A stretch of 64,000 bases of DNA from Eledone cirrhosa (lineage: Eukaryota), in contig OZ024743.1 in NCBI GenBank assembly GCA_964016885.1, positions 338,458,001 to 338,522,000 on the forward strand, given 5' to 3'. The notes beneath the pieces are model-generated. The model was given only the letters and a program-made list of their open reading frames with translations, did not search any database and was not told where the DNA came from. How positions within the stretch are numbered: the stretch's first letter is position 1; every line of letters starts with the position of its first letter. Below are positions 1 to 15,000 of the stretch, piece after piece. The translations under genes and the position numbers were made by a program.

Positions 1-3000
1 CTCTCATTGGTATAGTCACTCACTCCGTTTCTATCACTCTCAACATCTCTCATTGGTATAGTCACTCACTCCGTCTCTCTCACTCTCAACATCTCTCATT
101 GGTATAGTCACTCACTCCGTCTCTCTCACTCTCAACATCTCTCATTGGTATAGTCACTCTCAACATCTCTCATTGGTATAGTCACACACTCCGTCTCTCT
201 CACTCTCAACATCTCTCATAGGTATAGTCACTCACTCCGTCTCTCTCACTCTCAACATCTCTCATTGGTATAGTCACTCACTCCGTCTCTCTCACTCTCA
301 ACATCTTTCATTGGTATAGTCACTGACTCAGTCTCTCTCACTCTCAACATCTCTCATTGGTATAGTCACTGACTCAGTCTCTCTCACTCTCAACATCTCT
401 CATTGGTATAGTCACTGACTCAGTCTCTCTCACTCTCAACATCTCTCATTGGTATAGTCACTCACTCCGTCTCTCTCACTCTGAACATCTCTCATTGGTA
501 TAGTCACTCACTCCGTCTCTCTCACTCTCAACATCTCTCATTGGTATAGTCACTCACTCAGTCTCTCTCACTCTCAACATGTCTCATTGGTATAGTCACT
601 GACTCAGTCTCTCTCACTCTCAAAATCTCTCATTGGTATAGTCACTGACTCAGTCTCTCTCACTCTCAACATCTCTCATTGGTATAGTCACTCACTCCGT
701 CTCTCTCACTCTCAACATCTCTCATTGGTATAGTCACTGACTCAGTCTCTCTCACTCTCAACATCTCTCATTGGTATAGTCACTCACTCCGTCTCTCTCA
801 CTCTCAACATCTCTCATTGGTATAGTCACTCACTCCGTCTCTCTCACTCTCAACATCTCTCATTGGTATAGTCACTCACTCCGTCTCCCTCACTCTCAAC
901 ATCTCTCATTGGTATAGTCACTCACTCCGTCTCTCTCACTCTCAACATCTCTCATTGGTATAGTCACTCACCCCGTCTGGCTCACTCTCAACATCTCTCA
1001 TTGGTATAGTTACGCACTCCGTCTCTCTCACTCTCAACATCTCTCATTGGTATAGTCACTCACTCCGCCTCTCTCACTCTCAACATCTCTCATTGGTATA
1101 GTCACTCACTCCGTTTCTATCACTCTCAACATCTCTCATTGGTATAGTCACTCACTCCGTCTCTCTCACTCTCAACATCTCTCATTGGTATAGTCACTCA
1201 CTCCGTCTCTCTCACACTCAACATCTCTCATTGGTATAGTCACTCTCAACATCTCTCATTGGTATAGTCACTCACTCCGTCTCTCTCACTCTCAACATCT
1301 CTCATAGGTATAGTCACTCACTCCGTCTCTCTCACTCTCAACATCTCTCATTGGTATAGTCACTCACTCCGTCTCTCTCACTCTCAACATCTCTCATTGG
1401 TATAGTCACTCTCAACATCTCTCATTGGTATAGTCACTCACTCCGTCTCTCTCACTCTCAACATCACTCATTGGTATAGTCACTCACTCCGTCTCCCTCA
1501 CTCTCAACATCTCTCATTGGTATAGTCACTCACTCCGTCTCCCTCACTCTCAACATCTCTCATTGGTATAGTCACTCACTCCGTCTCCCTCACTCTCAAC
1601 ATCTCTCATAGGTAGAGTCACTGACTCCGTCTCTCTCACTCTCAACATCTCTCATTGGTATAGTCACTGACTCAGTCTCCCTCACTCTAAACATCTCTCA
1701 TTGGTATAGTCACTGAACCAGTCTCTCTCACTCTCAACATCTCTCATTGGTATAGTCACTCACTCCGTCTCTCTCACTCTCAACATCTCTCATTGGTATA
1801 GTCACTGACTCAGTCTCTCTCACTCTCAACATGTCTCATTGGTATAGTCACTCACTCCGTCTCTCTCACTCTCAACATCTCTCATTGGTATAGTCACTCT
1901 CAACATCTCTCATTGGTATAGTCACTCACTCCGTCTCTCTCACTCTCAACATCACTCATTGGTATAGTCACTCACTCCGTCTCCCTCACTCTCAACATCT
2001 CTCATTGGTATAGTCACTCACTCCGTCTCTCTCACTCTCAATATCTCTCATTGGTATAGTCACTCACTCCGTCTCTCTCACTCTCAACATCTCTCATTGG
2101 TATAGTCACTCACTACGTCTCTCTCACTCTCAACATCTCTCATTGGTATAGTCACTCACTCCGTTTCTCTCACTCTCAACATCTCTCATTGGTATAGTCA
2201 CTCACTCCGTCTCTCTCACTCTCAACATCTCTCATTGGTATAGTCACTCACTCCGTCTCTCTCACTCTCAACATCTCTCATTGGTATAGTCACTCTCAAC
2301 GTCTCTCATTGGTATAGTCACACACTCCGTCTCTCTCACTCTCAACATCTCTCATTGGTATAGTCACTCACTCCGTCTCTCTCACTCTCAACATCTCTCA
2401 TTGGTATAGTCACTGACTCAGTCTCTCTCACTCTCAACATCTCTCATTGGTATAGTCACTGACTCAGTCTCTCTCACTCTCAACATCTCTCATTGGTATA
2501 GTCACTGACTCAGTCTCTCTCACTCTCAACATCTCTCATTGCTATAGTCACTGACTCAGTCTCTCTCACTACCAACATCTCTCATTGGTATAGTCACTCA
2601 CTCCGTCTCTCTCACTCTCAACATCTCTCATTGGTATAGTCACTCACTCCGTCTCTCTCACTCTCAACATCTCTCATTGGTATAGTCACTCACTCAGTCT
2701 CTCTCACTCTCAACATGTCTCATTGGTATAGTCACTGACTCAGTCTCTCTCACTCTCAAAATCTCTCATTGGTATAGTCACTGACTCAGTCTCTCTCACT
2801 CTCAACATCTCTCATTGGTATAGTCACTCACTCCGTCTCTCTCACTCTCAACATCTCTCATTGGTATAGTCACTGACTCAGTCTCTCTCACTCTCAACAT
2901 CTCTCATTGGTATAGTCACTCACTCCGTCTCTCTCACTCTCAACATCTCTCATTGGTATAGTCACTCACTCCGTCTCTCTCACTCTCAACATCTCTTATT

Positions 3001-6000
3001 GGTATAGTCACTCACTCCGTCTCCCTCACTCTAAACATCTCTCATTGGTATAGTCACTCACTCCGTCTCTCTCACTCTCAACATCTCTCATTGGTATAGT
3101 CACTCTCAACATCTCTCATTGGTATAGTCACTCACTCCGTCTCTCTCACTCTCAACATCTCTCATTGGTATAGTCACTCACTCCGTCTCCCTCACTCTCA
3201 ACATCTCTCATTGGTATAGTCACTCACTCCGTCTCTCTCACTCTCAACATCTCTCATTGGTATAGTCACTCACTCCGTCTCTCTCACTCTCAACATCTCT
3301 CATTGGTATAGTCACTCACTGCGTCTCTCTCACTCTCAACATCTCTCATTGGTATAGTCACTCACTCCGTTTCTATCACTCTCAACATCTCTTATTGGTA
3401 TAGTCACTCACTCCGTCTCTCTCACGCTCAACATCTCTCATTGGTATAGTCACTCACTCCGTCTCTCTCACTCTCAACATCTCTCATTGGTATAGTCACT
3501 CACTCCGTTTCTATCACTCTCAACATCTCTCATTGGTATAGTCACTCACTCCGTCTCTCTCACTCTCAACATCTCTCATTGGTATAGTCACTCACTCCGT
3601 CTCTCTCACTCTCAACATCTCTCATTGGTATAGTCACTCTCAACATCTCTCATTGGTATAGTCACACACTCCGTCTCTCTCACTCTCAACATCTCTCATA
3701 GGTATAGTCACTCACTCCGTCTCTCTCACTCTCAACATCTCTCATTGGTATAGTCACTCACTCCGTCTCTCTCACTCTCAACATCTTTCATTTGTATAGT
3801 CACTGACTCAGTCTCTCTCACTCTCAACATCTCTCATTGGTATAGTCACTGACTCAGTCTCTCTCACTCTCAACATCTCTCATTGGTATAGTCACTGACT
3901 CAGTCTCTCTCACTCTCAACATCTCTCATTGGTATAGTCACTCACTCCGTCTCTCTCACTCTCAACATCTCTCATTGGTATAGTCACTCACTCCGTCTCT
4001 CTCACTCTCAACATCTCTCATTGGTATAGTCACTCACTCAGTCTCTCTCACTCTCAACATGTCTCATTGGTATAGTCACTGACTCAGTCTCTCTCACTCT
4101 CAAAATCTCTCATTGGTATAGTCACTGACTCAGTCTCTCTCACTCTCAACATCTCTCATTGGTATAGTCACTCACTCCGTCTCTCTCACTCTCAACATCT
4201 CTCATTGGTATAGTCACTGACTCAGTCTCTCTCACTCTCAACATCTCTCATTGGTATAGTCACTCACTCCGTCTCTCTCACTCTCAACATCTCTCATTGG
4301 TATAGTCACTCTCAACATCTCTCATTGGTATAGTCACTCACTCCGTCTCTCTCACTCTCAACATCTCTCATTGGTATAGTCACTCACTCCGTCTCCCTCA
4401 CTCTCAACATCTCTCATTGGTATAGTTACTCAATCCGTCTCTCTCACTCTCAACATCTCTCATTGGTATAGTCACTCACTCCGTCTCTCTCACTCTCAAC
4501 ATCTCTCATTGGTATAGTCACTTACCCCGTCTCGCTCACTCTCAACATCTCTCATTGGTATAGTCACTCACTCCGTCTCTCTCACTCTCAACATCTCTCA
4601 TTGGTATAGTCACTCACTCCGTCTCTCTCACTCTCAACATCTCTCATTGGTATAGTCACTTACCCCGTCTCGCTCACTCTCAACATCTCTCATTGGTATA
4701 GTCACTCACTCCGTCTCTCTCACTCTCAACATCTCTCATAGGTATAGTCACTCACTCCGTCTCTCTCACTCTCAACATCTCTCATTGGTATAGTCACTCA
4801 CTCCGTCTCTCTCACTCTCAACATCTCTCATTGCTATAGTCACTGACTCAGTCTCTCTCACTCTCAACATCTCTCATAGGTATAGTCACTGACTCCGTCT
4901 CTCTCACTCTCAACATCTCTCATTGGTATAGTCACTGAACCAGTCTCTCTCACTCTAAACATCTCTCATTGGTATAGTCACTGAACCAGTCTCTCTCACT
5001 CTCAACATCTCTCATTGGTATAGTCACTCACTCCGTCTCTCTCACTCTCAACATCTCTCATTGGTATAGTCACTCACTCAGTCTCTCTCACTCTCAACAT
5101 CTCTCATTGGTATAGTCACTCACTCCGTCTCTCTCACTCTCAACATCTCTCATTGGTATAGTCACTCACTCCGTCTCTCTCACTCTCAACATCTCTCATT
5201 GGTATAGTCACTCACTCAGTCTCTCTCACTCTGAACATGTCTCATTGGTATAGTCACTCACTCAGTCTCTCTCACTCTCAAAATCTCTCATTGGTATAGT
5301 CACTGACTCAGTCTCTCTCACTCAACATCTCTCATTGGTATAGTCACTCACTCCGTCTCTCTCACTCTCAACATCTCTTATTGGTATAGTCACTGACTCA
5401 GTCTCTCTCACTCTCAACATCTCTCATTGGTATAGTCACTCACTCCGTCTCTCTCACTCTCAACATCTCTCATTGGTATAGTCACTCTCAACATCTCTCA
5501 TTGGTATAGTCACTCACTCCGTCTCTCTCACTCTCAACATCTCTCATTGGTATAGTCACTCACTCCGTCTCCCTCACTCTCAACATCTCTCATTGGTATA
5601 GTCACTCACTCCGTCTCTCTCACTCTCAACATCTCTCATTGGTATAGTTACTCACTCCGTCTCTCTCACTCTCAACATCTCTCATTGGTATAGTCACTCA
5701 CCCCGTCTCTCTCACTCTCAACATCTCTCATTGGTATAGTTACTCACTCCGTCTCTCTCACTCTCAACATCTCTCATTGGTATAGTCACTCACTCCGTCT
5801 CTCTCACTCTCAACATCTCTCATTGGTATAGTCACTCACTCCGTTTCTCTCACTCTCAACATCTCTCATTGGTATAGTCACTCACTCCGTCTCTCTCACT
5901 CTCAACATCTCTCATAGGTATAGTCACTCACTCCGTCTCTCTCACTCTCAACATCTCTCATTGGTATAGTCACTCACTCCGTCTCTCTCACTCTCAACAT

Positions 6001-9000
6001 CTCTCATTGGTATAGTCACTGACTCAGTCTCTCTCACTCTCAACATCTCTCATAGGTATAGTCACTCACTCCGTCTCTCTCACTCTCAACATCTCTCATT
6101 GGTATAGTCACTGACTCAGTCTCCCTCACTCTAAACATATCTCATTGGTATAGTCACTGAACCAGTCTCTCTCACTCTCAACATGTCTCATTGGTATAGT
6201 CACTCACTCCGTCTCTCTCACTCTCAACATCTCTCATTGGTATAGTCACTCACTCCGTCTCTCTCACTCTCAACATCTCTCGTTGGTATAGTCACTCACT
6301 CAGTCTCTCTCACTCTCAACATGTCTCATTGGTATAGTCACTGACTCAGTCTCTCTCTCACTCTCAAAATCTCTCATTGGTATAGTCACTGACTCAGTCT
6401 CTCTCACTCTCAACATCTCTCATTGGTATAGTCACTCACTCCGTCTCTCTCACTCTCAACATCTCTCATTGGTATAGTCACTGACTCAGTCTCTCTCACT
6501 CTCAACATCTCTCATTGGTTTAGTCACTCACTCCGTCTCTCTCACTCTCAACATCTCTCATTGGTATAGTCACTCTCAATATCTCTCATTGGTATAGTCA
6601 CTCACTCCGTCTCTCTCACTCTCAACATCTCTCATTGGTATAGTCACTCACCCCTTCTCTCTCACTCTCAACATCTCTCATTGGTATAGTTACTCATTCC
6701 GTCTCTCCCACTCTCAACATCTCTCATTGGTATAGTCACTCACTCCGTCTCTCTCACTCTCAACATCTCTCATTGGTATAGTCACTCACTCCGTTTCTCT
6801 CACTCTCAACATCTCTCATTGCTATAGTCACTCACTCCGTCCCTCTCACTCTCAACATCTCTCATTGGTATAGTCACTCTCAACATCTCTCATTGGTATA
6901 GTCACACACTCCGTCTCTCTCACTCTCAACATCTCTCATAGGTATAGTCACTCACTCCGTCTCTCTCACTCTCAACATCTCTCATTGGTATAGTCACTCA
7001 CTCCGTCTCTCTCACTCCCAACATCTCTCATTGGTATAGTCACTGACTCAGTCTCTCTCACTCTCAACATCTCTCATTGGTATAGTCACTGACTCCGTCT
7101 CTCTCACTCTCAACATCTCTCATTGGTATAGTCACTCACTCCGTCTCTCTCACTCTCAACATCTCTCATTGGTATAGTCACTCACTCCGTCTCTCTCACT
7201 CTCAACATCTCTCATTGGTATAGTCACTCACTCAGTCTCTCTCACTCTCAACATGTCTCATTGGTATAGTCACTGACTCAGTCTCTCTCACTCTCAAAAT
7301 CTCTCATTAGTATAGTCACTGACTCAGTCTCTCTCACTCTCAACATCTCTCATTGGTATAGTCACTCACTCCGTCTCTCTCACTCTCAACATCTCTCATT
7401 GGTATAGTCACTGACTCAGTCTCTCTCACTCTCAACATCTCTCATTGGTATAGTCACTCACTCCGTCTCTCTCACTCTCAACATCTCTCATTGGTATAGT
7501 CACTCTCAACATCTCTCATTGGTATAGTCACTCACTCCGTCTCTCTCACTCTCAACATCTCTCATTGGTATAGTCACTCACTCCGTCTCCCTCACTCTCA
7601 ACATCTCTCATTGGTATAGTCACTCACTCCGTCTCTCTCACTCTCAACATCTCTCATTGGTATAGTCACTCACTCCGTCTCTCTCACTCTCAACATCTCT
7701 CATTGGTATAGTTACTCACTCCGTCTCTCTCACTCTCAACATCTCTCATTGGTATAGTCACTCACCCCGTCTCGCTCACTCTCAACATCTCTCATTGGTA
7801 TAGTTACTCACTCCGTCTCTCTCACTCTCAACATCTCTCATTGGTATAGTCACTCACTCCGTCTCTCTCACTCTCAACATCTCTCATTGGTATAGTCACT
7901 GACTCAGTCTCTCTCACTCTCAAAATCTCTCATTGGTATAGTCACTGACTAAGTCTCTCTCACTCTCACATCTCTCATTGGTATAGTCACTCACTCCGTC
8001 TCTCTCACTCTCAACATCTCTCATTGGTATAGTCACTCACTCCGTCTCTCTCACTCTCAACATCTCTCATTGGTATAGTCACTCTCAACATCTCTCATTG
8101 GTATAGTCACTCACTCCGTCTCTCTCACTCTCAACATCTCTCATTGGTATAGTCACTCACTCCGTCTCTCTCACTCTCAACATCTCTCATTGGTATAGTC
8201 ACTCTCAACATATCTCATTGGTATAGTCACTCACTCCGTCTCTCTCACTCTCAACATCTCTCATAGGTATAGTCACTCACTCCGTCTCTCTCACTCTCAA
8301 CATCTCTCATTGGTATAGTCACTCACTCCGTCTCTCTCACTCTCAACATCTCTCATTGGTATAGTCACTGACTCAGTCTCTCTCACTCTCAACATCTCTC
8401 ATAGGTATAGTCACTGACTCAGTCTCCCTCACTCTAAACATCTCTCATTGGTATAGTCACTGAACCAGTCTCTCTCACTCTCAACATCTCTCATTGGTAT
8501 AGTCACTCACTCCGTCTCTCTCACTCTCAACATCTCTCATTGGTATAGTCACTCACTCCGTCTCTCTCACTCTCAACATCTCTCATTGGTATAGTCACTC
8601 ACTCAGTTTCTCTCACTCTGAACATGTCTCATTGGTATAGTCACTCACTCCGTCTCTCTCACTCTCAACATCTCTCATTGGTATAGTCACTCACTCCGTC
8701 TCTCTCACTCTCAACATCTCTCATTGGTATAGTCACTGACTCAGTCTCTCTCACTCTCAAAATCTCTCATTGGTATAGTCACTGACTCAGTCTCTCTCAC
8801 TCTCAACATCTCTCATTGGTATAGTCACTCACTCCGTCTCTCTCACTCTCAACATCTCTTATTGGTATAGTCACTGACTCAGTCTCTCTCACTCTCAACA
8901 TCTCTCATTGGTATAGTCACTCACTCCGTCTCTCTCACTCTCAACATCTCTCATTGGTATAGTCACTCTCAACATCTCTCATTGGTAGAGTCTCTCACTC

Positions 9001-12000
9001 CGTCTCTCTCACTCTCAACATCTCTCATTGGTATAGTCACTCACTCCGTCTCCCTCACTCTCAACATCTCTCATTGGTATAGTCACTCACTCCGTCTCTC
9101 TCACTCTCAACATCTCTCATTGGTATAGTCACTCACTCCGTCTCTCTCACTCTCAACATCTCTCATTGGTATAGTTACTCACTCCGTCTCTCTCACTCTC
9201 AACATCTCTCATTGGTATAGTCACTCACCCCGTCTCTCTCACTCTCAACATCTCTCATTGGTATAGTTACTCACCCCGTCTCTCTCACTCTCAACATCTC
9301 TCATTGGTATAGTCACTCACTCCGTCTCTCTCACTCTCAACATCTCTCATTGGTATAGTCACTCACTCCGTTTCTCTCACTCTCAACATCTCTCATTGGT
9401 ATAGTCACTCACTCCGTCTCTCTCACTCTCAACATCTCTCATAGGTATAGTCACTCACTCCGTCTCTCTCACTCTCAACATCTCTCATTGGTATAGTCAC
9501 TCACTCCGTCTCTCTCACTCTCAACATCTCTCATTGGTATAGTCACTGACTCAGTCTCTCTCACTCTCAACATCTCTCATTGGTATAGTCACTCACTCCG
9601 TCTCTCTCACTCTCAACATCTCTCATTGGTATAGTCACTCACTCCGTCTCTCTCACTCTCAACATCTCTCATTGGTATAGTCACTCACTCAGTTTCTCTC
9701 ACTCTGAACATGTCTCATTGGTATAGTCACTGACTCAGTCTCTCTCACTCTCAAAATCTCTCATTGGTATAGTCACTGACTCAGTCTCTCTCACTCTCAA
9801 CATCTCTCATTGGTATAGTCACTCACTCCGTCACTCTCACTCTCAACATCTCTCATTGGTATAGTCACTCTCAACATCTCTCATTGGTATAGTCACTCAC
9901 TCCGTCTCTCTCACTCTCAACATCTCTCATTGGTATAGTCACTCACTCCGTCTCCCTCACTCTCAACATCTCTCATTGGTATAGTCACTCACTCCGTCTC
10001 TCTCACTCTCAACATCTCTCATTGGTATAGTCACTCACTCCGTCTCTCTCACTCTCAACATCTCTCATTGGTATAGTTACTCACTCCGTCTCTCTCACTC
10101 TCAACATCTCTCATTGGTATAGTCACTCACCCCGTCTCTCTCACTCTCAACATCTCTCATTGGTATAGTTACTCACTCCGTCTCTCTCACTCTCAACATC
10201 TCTCATTGGTATAGTCACTCACTCCGTCTCTCTCACTCTCAACATCTCTCATAGGTATAGTCACTCACTCCGTCTCTCTCACTCTCAACATCTCTCATTG
10301 GTATAGTCACTCACTCCGTCTCTCTCACTCTCAACATCTCTCATTGGTATAGTCACTGACTCAGTCTCTCTCACTCTCAACATCTCTCATAGGTATAGTC
10401 ACTCACTCCGTCTCTCTCACTCTCAACATCTCTCATTGGTATAGTCACTGACTCAGTCTCCCTCACTCTAAACATATCTCATTGGTATAGTCACTGAACC
10501 AGTCTCTCTCACTCTCAACATGTCTCATTGGTATAGTCACTCACTCAGTCTCTCTCACTCTCAACATGTCTCATTGGTATAGTCACTGACTCAGTCTCTC
10601 TCTCACTCTCAAAATCTCTCATTGGTATAGTCACTGACTCAGTCTCTCTCACTCTCAACATCTCTCATTGGTATAGTCACTCACTCCGTTTATCTCACTC
10701 TCAACATCTCTCATTGGTATAGTCACTGACTCAGTCTCTCTCACTCTCAACATCTCTCATTGGTTTAGTCACTCACTCCGTCTCTCTCACTCTCAACATC
10801 TCTCATTGGTATAGTCACTCTCAATATCTCTCATTGGTATAGTCACTCACTCCGTCTCTCTCACTCTCAGCATCTCTCATTGGTATAGTCACTCACCCCG
10901 TCTCTCTCACTCTCAACATCTCTCATTGGTATAGTTACTCACTCCGTCTCTCTCACTCTCAATATCTCTCATTGGTATAGTCACTCACTCCGTCTCTCTC
11001 ACTCTCAACATCTCTTATTGGTATAGTCACTCACTCCGTTTCTCTCACTCTCAACATCTCTCATTGCTATAGTCACTCACTCCGTCTCTCTCACTCTCAA
11101 CATCTCTCATTGGTATAGTCACTCTCAACATCTCTCATTGGTATAGTCACTCACTCCGTCTCTCTCACTCTCAATATCTCTCATAGGTATAGTCACTCAC
11201 TCCGTCTCTCTCACTCTCAACATCTCTCATTGGTATAGTCACTCACTCCGTCTCTCTCACTCTCAACATCTCTCATTGGTATAGTCACTGACTCAGTCGC
11301 TCTCACTCTCAACATCTCTCATAGGTATAGTCACTCACTCCGTCTCTCTCACTCTCAACATCTCTCATTGGTATAGTCACTGACTCAGTCTCCCTCACTC
11401 TCAATATCTCTCATTGGTATAGTCACTGAACCAGTCTCTCTCACTCTCAACATCTCTCATTGGTATAGTCACTCACTCCGTCTCTCTCACTCTCAACATC
11501 TCTCATTGGTATAGTCACTCACTCCGTCTCTCTCACTCTCAACATCTCTCATTGGCATAGTCACTCACTCAGTCTCTCTCACTCTCAACATGTCTCATTG
11601 GTATAGTCACTGACTCAGTCTCTCTCACTCTCAACATCTCTCATTGGTATAGTCACTCACTCCGTCTCTCTCACTCTCAACATCTCTCATTGGTATAGTC
11701 ACTCACTCCGTCTCTCTCACGCTCAACATCTCTCATTGGTATAGTCATTCCCTCCGTCTCTCTCACTCTCTACATCTCTCATTGGTAGAGTCACTCACTC
11801 CGTCTCTCTCACTCTCAACATCTCTCATTGGTATAGTCACTGACTCAGTCTCTCTCACTCTCAACATCTCTCATTGGTATAGTCACTGACTCTGTCGCTC
11901 TCACTCTCAACATCTCTCATTGGTATAGTCACTCACTCCGTCTCTCTCACTCTCAACATCTCTCATTGGTATAGTCACTCACTCAGTCTCTCTCACTCTC

Positions 12001-15000
12001 AACATCTCTCATTGGTATAGTCACTCACTCCGTCTCTCTCACTCTCAACATCTCTCATTGGTATAGTCACTGACTCAGTCTCTCTCACTCTCAACATCTC
12101 TCATTGGTATAGTCACTCACTCCGTCTCTCTCACTCTCAACATCTCTCATTGGTATACTTACTCACTCCGTCTCTCTCACTCTCAACATCTCTCATTGGT
12201 ATAGTCACTCACCCCGTCTCTCTCACTCTCAACATCTCTCATTGGTATAGTTACTGACTCCGTCTCTCTCACTCTCAACATCTCTCATTGGTATAGTCAC
12301 TGACTCAGTCTCTCTCACTCTCAACATCTCTCATTGGTATAGTCACTCACTCCGTCTCTCTCACTCTCAACATCTCTCATTGGTATAGTCACTGACTCAG
12401 TCTCTCTCACTCTCAACATCTCTCATTGTTATAGTCACTCACTCCGTCTCTCTCACTCTCAACATCTCTCATTGGTATAGTCACTCTCAACATCTCTCAT
12501 TGGTATAGTCACTCACTCCGTCTCTCTCACTCTCAACATCTCTCATTGGTATAGTCACTCACTCCGTCTCTCTCACTCTCAACATCTCTCATTGGTATAG
12601 TCACTCACTCCGTTTCTCTCACTCTCAACATCTCTCATTGGTATAGTCACTCACTCCGTCTCTCTCACTCTCAACATCTCTCATTGGTGTAGTCACTCAC
12701 TCCGTCTCTCTCACTCTCAACATCTCTCATTGGTATAGTCACTGACTCAGTCTCTCTCACTCTCAACATCTCTCATAGGTATAGTCACTCACTCCGTCTC
12801 TCTCACTCTCAACATCTCTCATTGGTATAGTCACTGACTCAGTCTCTCTCACTCTCAACATCTCTCATTGGTATAGTCACTCACTCCGTCTCTCTCACTC
12901 TCAACATCTCTCATTGGTATAGTCACTCTCAACATCTCTCATTGGTATAGTCACTCACTCCGTCTCTCTCACTCTCAACATCTCTCATTGGTATAGTCAC
13001 TCACTCCGTCTCCCTCACTCTCAACATCTCTCATTGCTATAGTCACTCACTCCGTCTCTCTCACTCTCAACATCTCTCATTGGTATAGTCACTCTCAACA
13101 TCTCTCATTGGTATAGTCACTCACTCCGTCTCTCTCACTCTCAACATCTCTCATAGGTATAGTCACTCACTCCGTCTCTCTCACTCTCAACATCTCTCAT
13201 TGGTATAGTCACTCACTCCGTCTCTCTCACTCTCAACATCTCTCATTGGTATAGTCACTGACTCAGTCGCTCTCACTCTCAACATCTCTCATAGGTATAG
13301 TCACTCACTCCGTCTCTCTCACTCTCAACATCTCTCATTGGTATAGTCACTGACTCAGTCTCCCTCACTCTCAATATCTCTCATTGGTATAGTCACTGAA
13401 CCAGTCTCTCTCACTCTCAACATCTCTCATTGGTATAGTCACTCACTCCGTCTCTCTTACTCTCAACATCTCTCATTGGTATAGTCACTCACTCCGTCTC
13501 TCTCACTCTCAACATCTCTCATTGGCATAGTCACTCACTCAGTCTCTCTCACTCTCAACATGTCTCATTGGTATAGTCACTGACTCAGTCTCTCTCACTC
13601 TCAACATCTCTCATTGGTATAGTCACTCACTCCGTCTCTCTCACTCTCAACATCTCTCATTGGTATAGTCACTCACTCCGTCTCTCTCACTCTCAACATC
13701 TCTCATTGGTATAGTCATTCCCTCCGTCTCTCTCACTCTCTACATCTCTCATTGGTAGAGTCACTGACTCCGTCTCTCTCACTCTCAACATCTCTCATTG
13801 GTATAGTCACTGACTCAGTCTCTCTCACTCTCAACATCTCTCATTGGTATAGTCACTGACTCTGTCTCTCTCACTCTCAACATCTCTCATTGGTATAGTC
13901 ACTCACTCCGTCTCCCTCACTCTCAACATCTCTCATTGGTATAGTCACTCACTCAGTCTCTCTCACTCTCAACATCTCTCATTGGTATAGTCACTCACTC
14001 CCTCTCTCTCACTCTCAACATCTCTCATTGGTATAGTCACTGACTCAGTCTCTCTCACTCTCAACATCTCTCATTGGTATAGTCACTCACTCCGTCTCTC
14101 TCACTCTCAACATCTCTCATTGGTATACTTACTCACTCCGTCTCTCTCACTCTCAACATCTCTCATTGGTATAGTCACTCACCCCGTCTCTCTCACTCTC
14201 AACATCTCTCATTGGTATAGTTACTGACTCCGTCTCTCTCACTCTCAACATCTCTCATTGGTATAGTCACTGACTCAGTCTCTCTCACTCTCAACATCTC
14301 TCATTGGTATAGTCACTCACTCCGTCTCTCTCACTCTCAACATCTCTCATTGGTATAGTCACTGACTCAGTCTCTCTCACTCTCAACATCTCTCATTGTT
14401 ATAGTCACTCACTCCGTCTCTCTCACTCTCAACATCTCTCATTGGTATAGTCACTCTCAACATCTCTCATTGGTATAGTCACTCACTCCGTCTCTCCCAC
14501 TCTCAACATCTCTCATTGGTATAGTCACTCACTCCGTCTCTCTCACTCTCAACATCTCTCATTGGTATAGTCACTCACTCCGTTTCTCTCACTCTCAACA
14601 TCTCTCATTGGTATAGTCACTCACTCCGTCTCTCTCACTCTCAACATCTCTCATTGGTATAGTCACTCACTCCGTCTCTCTCACTCTCAACATCTCTCAT
14701 TGGTATAGTCACTCTCAACATCTCTCATTGGTATAGTCACTCACTCCGTCTCTCTCACTCTCAACATCTCTCATAGGTATAGTCACTCACTCCGTCTCTC
14801 TCACTCTCAACATCTCTCATTGGTGTAGTCACTCACTCCGTCTCTCTCACTCTCAACATCTCTCATTGGTATAGTCACTGACTCAGTCTCTCTCACTCTC
14901 AACATCTCTCATAGGTATAGTCACTCACTCCGTCTCTCTCACTCTCAACATCTCTCATTGGTATAGTCACTGACTCAGTCTCTCTCACTCTCAACATCTC